Of a stretch of DNA of 64,000 bases, positions 58,205 to 64,000 are shown piece after piece (within the stretch, counting starts at the first letter, position 1; every line of letters begins with the position of its first letter). The stretch is from Eledone cirrhosa (lineage: Eukaryota). The stretch spans positions 178,684,001-178,748,000 of the forward strand of contig OZ024742.1 of the NCBI GenBank assembly GCA_964016885.1. The letters are read 5' to 3'. The notes beneath the pieces are model-generated. The model saw only the letters and a list, made by a program, of their open reading frames with translations. It was not told the origin of the DNA and searched no databases. The position numbers were made by a program, and so were the translations under genes.

Positions 58205-58590
58205 TTGGCATAATCGGTAAAGCGTCGAAGAAAATTCTTTGCAGTATTTAGTACGGCTCTTTGCGTTCTCAGTTCAATTCTTGCTGAGCTAAACTTTGCC
58301 TTTCATCTTTCAAGAGTCAATAAGAGTACCATTCATATACTGAGACAGATTTAATTGACTAATCTTCCTCCCCCAAAGTTACTGGCCTTGTGCCTAAATT
58401 AGAGACAAATCGTGAATGTTGGATGGGTAGAATTGGTAGAGCGCCGGATAAAAATGTCATTGATGTATTTAGTTACGACGTTTTACGTTCTGAGTTCAAA
58501 TCTCCCTGATCTCAGATTTAGAATCAATAAAATAAAGTACCAATCAAGTATTGGTGTCGACGAGATAATCGACTTTCTTCGCCCCATTTG
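58205..58590 (+). mobile_element. Two diverged tRNA-derived SINEs in tandem
   Basis: Degenerate heads and cores at 58205-58408 and 58420-58590. Confidence 0.55.
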
Positions 58591-58699
58591 CTTGCTTGTC
58601 ACCTGCTCAACTGTCTCAAGTCACTAGATGTAGATGTGGTGGTTACGAAGTGTATACATCCCCAACTACTCCGCTGTCATGAGGCAGAGTTGGTTTATT

Positions 58700-59670
58700 A
58701 GAAAACTGGTTGCCTTGAAGACGGCCGCCAAGTATTGATGGTAGATTCTATTGAAAACATTCGATTAATCAAAGTTCATCAGAACACCACCCGTGTCTTG
58801 TTCCTTATCCACCCATAAAGACAGAATGATCACAGCTGGTTCATCTTTCTGGACCCAGAAAGTAATTCGGTGGTGCTGGACGTAACCAGCAACCAAGGCT
58901 ATGCCTTCAGACTAGTAGGCGTGATCTATAGATTTCTTCAGGCGCCGAGAGACCTTCCTACGGACCTACCGCTCTTAAGGGAGCGGAGGAGCGATGGCGC
59001 TGCTGAGAAAGGACACGAACAAGGGATATCACAATTTTCGCCCTATAACTTTTCCTTAACGCAGAGATTCAGATTTTGGCTATGGTGTTTGCAAAGAGTT
59101 TGGCGCTTGTTGTCGATGCTCTGATTGATATCGCGTAGACATGCGCCATCCCTAAAAGATCCACCTACGACAATCTCATGCTATGAATCAAAGAGAGGGT
59201 GCGTAAGGAACCTGGCACGGGTGAGGCCCTGATCAATCGAAAGTTTTTGATAGGATCGACGATCTAGGCGTCCAGTTTCAGTCACATCTTTAGAAGATAA
59301 GTTGTTGCAATCTACAGAGATCATCTGCTCGGTGATCAGAGAAATGGATACCTACCGGGACACTCCAGTATTAAAATAAAACATTGCTTAACTTATTGTA
59401 TTAACCGAAATAACTATAAGAGTGCGTTGTTCATGGAAGTGTGTTTACATATACATACAATGTAACACAAATTTACTGTGCTTTTAAAAAAGTAAGTTCA
59501 TTTCGGATGTTGTTGTACATTGCAGCAAACGATCCCCTGAAGATGGGATTGAAAACTGGTTGCATTGAAGACGGCCACCAAGTATTGATGGTAGACTCTA
59601 TTGAAAACTTTCGATTAATCAAAGTTCATCAGACCACCACCCGTGTCTTGTTCCTTATCCACCCATAAAG
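58700..59670. mobile_element. Scrambled Tx1-type RT/EN fragments
   Basis: 58840-59350 (+) matches pieces of 55430-57050; 58702-58836 and 59551-59687 are direct repeats whose minus strand resembles LINLDQSKAFDRV. Confidence 0.55.
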
Positions 59671-60021
59671 ATAGAATGATCACAGCTAGATTGACTTCGA
59701 CTATAGATCTGCTCCATTTAGTTTAACCTGGAGCTAAACAGCAACAACAACAACAACAATTTTATTAGGTTAGGGGATAAACTAAGTGAACTGTTGCAGT
59801 ACAAAGAGACGCCGACCAAGTGTATTAATATTATACCGTACTAATACGAGAAATATTTTATTTTTAAAGGTTGTATGGAGGAAGGTGTAAAAAATAATAT
59901 TCAGAAAATAGCAGGCTTTCCATAATCATATAACAAAATGTCCTGTTAGTTATTGTTTAGTCGATTCAGACAATAGATTAGAAATAATATTTTCTTTTGA
60001 TTTGTAGTACAGTACATCTAC

Positions 60022-60103
<82 letters not shown>

Positions 60104-60192
60104 ATATATATATGTATATATATATGTATGTATGTATATATATATGTATATATATATGTATGTATGTATATATATATGTGTATGTATATATG

Positions 60193-60258
<66 letters not shown>

Positions 60259-60614
60259 TATATATATATATATATTTACATATATATATATATGTATATA
60301 TATATGTATATATATATGTATGTATAATATATATATGTATATATATATGTATATATGTATGTATGTATGTATATATATATGTATATATATATGTATATAT
60401 ATATGTATGTATATATATATATGTATATATATATGTATATATGTATGTATGTATATATATATATATATATATATGTGTATATATATATGTATGTTTATAT
60501 ATATATGAATATATATATGTATGTATATATATATATATGTATATATATATGTATATATATATGTATATATATACGTATACATACATATATATATTTATAC
60601 ACACACACATACAG

Positions 60615-60726
<112 letters not shown>

Positions 60727-61042
60727 TTATATTAACAAAGAGAGATGTATATGTATATGGTTGAAATAGCGTCTTTCTGACTAGAAGGACAACATAATCT
60801 GATAATGTTGTCTGCATACAAAACGGTATTAGCAGATTTACCCTCACGATCAGCCATTTTATGTCGTCTGCCCGAAACTAACAACAAAAAAATCTTTCCA
60901 AATGCGGCCGACTTTATAAATTTATCTGAACTTCAATCATATTTATCGCACCCTAGACGAGAGTTCACTGCATTATCTTGATATTGATAGCACGGTCTTG
61001 CATATATGTATATGTGTTTATATATGTATGTATATATGTATG

Positions 61043-61087
<45 letters not shown>

Positions 61088-61292
61088 ATATATGCGTGTG
61101 TGTGTATATATATATATATATTTATATATATATACACACACACACACGCGCGCGCATATTATACACTCACACATATATTAACTGTATATCTATATATATA
61201 TGTGTATGTATATGTATATATGTATATATAAATACATATATATATATATATGTATGTGTGTGTATTTATATATACATATAAACATATATTTA

Positions 61293-61339
<47 letters not shown>

Positions 61340-61342
<3 letters not shown>

Positions 61343-61625
61343 TCGTTGACTCTACTGAGTCCGCCCTTTGTCAAGTTTTCTTTTTCATCCCGCAAGGTGT
61401 CCAAATACTACCCTCCCCCACCAAGCAAGCTCGGCGGGGTTACCGGTTTAGTCACCGACGACCTAAACATGCAACAGGTTGTACTGGATTACATGTTACT
61501 GGTAGCGCTCAAGAGCGCCCTGACGGCCCTCCAAATACTGTGTACGTGTGTGTGTGTGGATGTATGAGTACTCTATTTGTATACCTTTCTTTTGTTGTGT
61601 GTGTATGTGTGTGTATGTGTATGTG

Positions 61626-61715
<90 letters not shown>

Positions 61716-62033
61716 GGAAAAAATGAACCGAAATTTCATTTCCCACTCTTAGTACGGCTGTTACTTAAATATAAGTATGTATACGTACATACATATATGT
61801 ATACAGACGTACAGTAGTATGTATATATATATACATACATGCACACATATATATATGTACGTATGGATTCACCGAACATTTATTATAATGCTCGGTGTGT
61901 TGTACAAACACACCGAGCATTATAATAAATGTTCGGTGAATCCATACGTACATATATATATGTGTGCATGTATGTATATATATATACATACTACTGTACG
62001 TCTGTATACATATATGTATGTACGTGTACATAG

Positions 62034-62099
<66 letters not shown>

Positions 62100-62790
62100 G
62101 TATATTTGATATATCCTCGGGTGTCTGCATAAGTATACCTTTATACATACATTTTAAATTCTTTTACCTCTATTTTTAAAAAAACCTTTAAAATCTTAAA
62201 ATCTTTCGTCTCTTATATATCCTCGGATGTATAGGAGTGTGTTGTTGTATATACACTTTAATTCTTTATATATATGTATATATATATATGTATATTTGAT
62301 ATATCCTCGGGTGTTTGTTTACATACGTATACCTTTATGTATACATTTTTAATTCTTATAACCTTTTTTCCTTAAATAGTGTGGACACTTGTGCGCGGGG
62401 ATTGGAAATATCTGTGTTGGCATCCAAGCGCGCAGGTAGACCACTTGGAGTGAGATTCCGCCTTACCTGTTGTCACAACACTTCTTTAGGAGAGGGAAAC
62501 TCCGAATAAACACCTGTGGTGTTGAGGGCACCCGATGATGTTGACCAGTTCTTCTTTTCGGTACATGCTCTGCATGCTCAGAGAATGGGATTAGTACTGT
62601 GCAAGGCTTTTCTTCACTTAAAATAATTTCAAGGACAATCATCGCCTGATCGATTTGAACAAATAATTTGAGGATTCTACAGTTGCCATGTGTGTGCCAG
62701 AGGGTCCAAGTCTTTGGCACGTTCGTGCCTCACATTTTTGAGCATTTTATCAGGTGATAGTAATGCTCGAACACGAGTTTGCGGCCATCT
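61340..62790 (+). mobile_element. RTE-derived deleted element with inverted 5' head and nested insertions
   Basis: 61340-61525 is the reverse complement of the RTE head; 61531 onward matches 32317 onward; 3' end GAACACGAGTTTGCGGCCATC(TATC)n. Confidence 0.65.
61781..62030. repeat. TA-anchored fold-back palindrome
   Basis: Centre GGTGTGTTGTACAAACACACC at ~61903; related rearranged copy 28745-28931. Confidence 0.8.
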
Positions 62791-62880
62791 ATCTATCTAT
62801 ATACTCTACCGATTGTGTTGTTATTTCTGTTTACCTTTTAAAAACCACCAGGAGCACACAAAAAAAAAAATATATATATG

Positions 62881-62969
<89 letters not shown>

Positions 62970-63204
62970 TATATATATATTTGTTACGGTTAACGAAACA
63001 TGAAACGGTACCATAACGAAAGAACTCAAAGTACATATTTCTTCCTAAATATTATGTGCTGTCTATATGTAGAAAATACTATGTTTTTCTCAAATGATAT
63101 AAGGCCCTTTCTCTCTCTAAATATATACATATATGTTTTAATATGTTTTAATTTGAATTGAATATGATCACGAATACAAGCGCCCCAAATGGGGGTTCCT
63201 CCGA

Positions 63205-63570
63205 AGGATCTTTAGAGTAACATTACTCGATAAAGTGCGTAGCTGGGTGATCAGAGAGTCACTCCAGATAGATCCGCTACTTCTCCGAATTGAGAGATCA
63301 CAGGCCCGATAATATGGGCATGTTTTTAGAATGTCTCAGGAAAGAATCGCTGGACTGATTTTATGGGCGAAACTAACCGGTGAGAGACCCAGGGGTAGAC
63401 CTCTAGCAAGATGGTTGGATAACATGCATGAGCTTGACTGGTCACGATTGGGGATCAAGCCGGATCAATTGGAGACGCTTGCTGCTGACAGGACCCGTTG
63501 GAGGGAGTGTTTGAGGACTCTGGCATCATGACGCTCTCGGGAATAAGTGAGAGAAGGGAAGGAGAAGATA
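63205..63570 (+). mobile_element. RTE-type LINE 3' fragment
   Basis: GERPRGRPLARWLD..AADRTRWR; sibling of 6605-7130. Confidence 0.7.
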
Positions 63571-63780
63571 TATATATATACATAGATACATAGATACATT
63601 GCTAAAGAAACATCGGATAGGAAATAAAGGAATTTATATAAAGAATGGTAACATCCCGAAATTTTTATATTTCTATACAGTTGTTTCAGAGTGCAAGAGA
63701 AATGGTGCTAAATAGCAAATAAATGTACAAACATACATAGATATATTTTTACATTTTGTCTAGACAATTTCTTATCCTTG

Positions 63781-63853
<73 letters not shown>

Positions 63854-63872
63854 CTGAGTTTTTCGAATATTA

Positions 63873-64000
63873 ATAATTGTTTCTACTTTTTGGCACAAGG
63901 CCACCAATTAACCAGTACATTACTGGTACTTTATTTTATCGACCCCGTAAGGATGAAAGGAAAAGTTAACCTCGACGGGATTTGATTTGAACTCAAACCG
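63873..64000 (-). mobile_element. tRNA-derived SINE (partial, runs off window)
   Basis: Reverse complement of the core and tail. Confidence 0.75.

Noticed and set aside
63660-63720. GAAA-CAACTG-TA half motif on the minus strand
   Set aside because: No upstream CUGANGA or UUGANAA found

Overview
Very AT-rich animal non-coding DNA saturated with (TA)n, (TG)n, (GA)n and (TATG)n microsatellites. The SINE and repeat content suggests an octopus or other cephalopod (inference). No multi-exon host gene can be supported, and almost all ORF-track entries are microsatellite artefacts. Real coding content is retroelement-derived: an uninterrupted 5'-truncated Penelope-like RT-GIY-YIG ORF (46071-48296), two GIY-YIG fragments, a decayed RTE LINE, decayed Tx1/L1-type LINEs, two R4/Dong-like RLE fragments and many tRNA-derived SINEs. 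The main hidden signal is roughly 25 minimal type I hammerhead ribozyme (HHR) motifs from about 10 unrelated sequence families, on both strands and nearly all embedded in (TA)n arrays. They occur (i) as fold-back palindromes, often centred on the HHR stem II, (ii) as non-coding tandem monomers of 319, 323 and 522 nt that look like retrozymes (candidate circular-RNA replicons mobilised by Penelope RT), and (iii) in some families with a compensatory U3:A8 catalytic core. One retrozyme insertion marks the breakpoint of a 2.6-kb tandem duplication containing a candidate host exon. All folding was done by eye and no activity is demonstrated.
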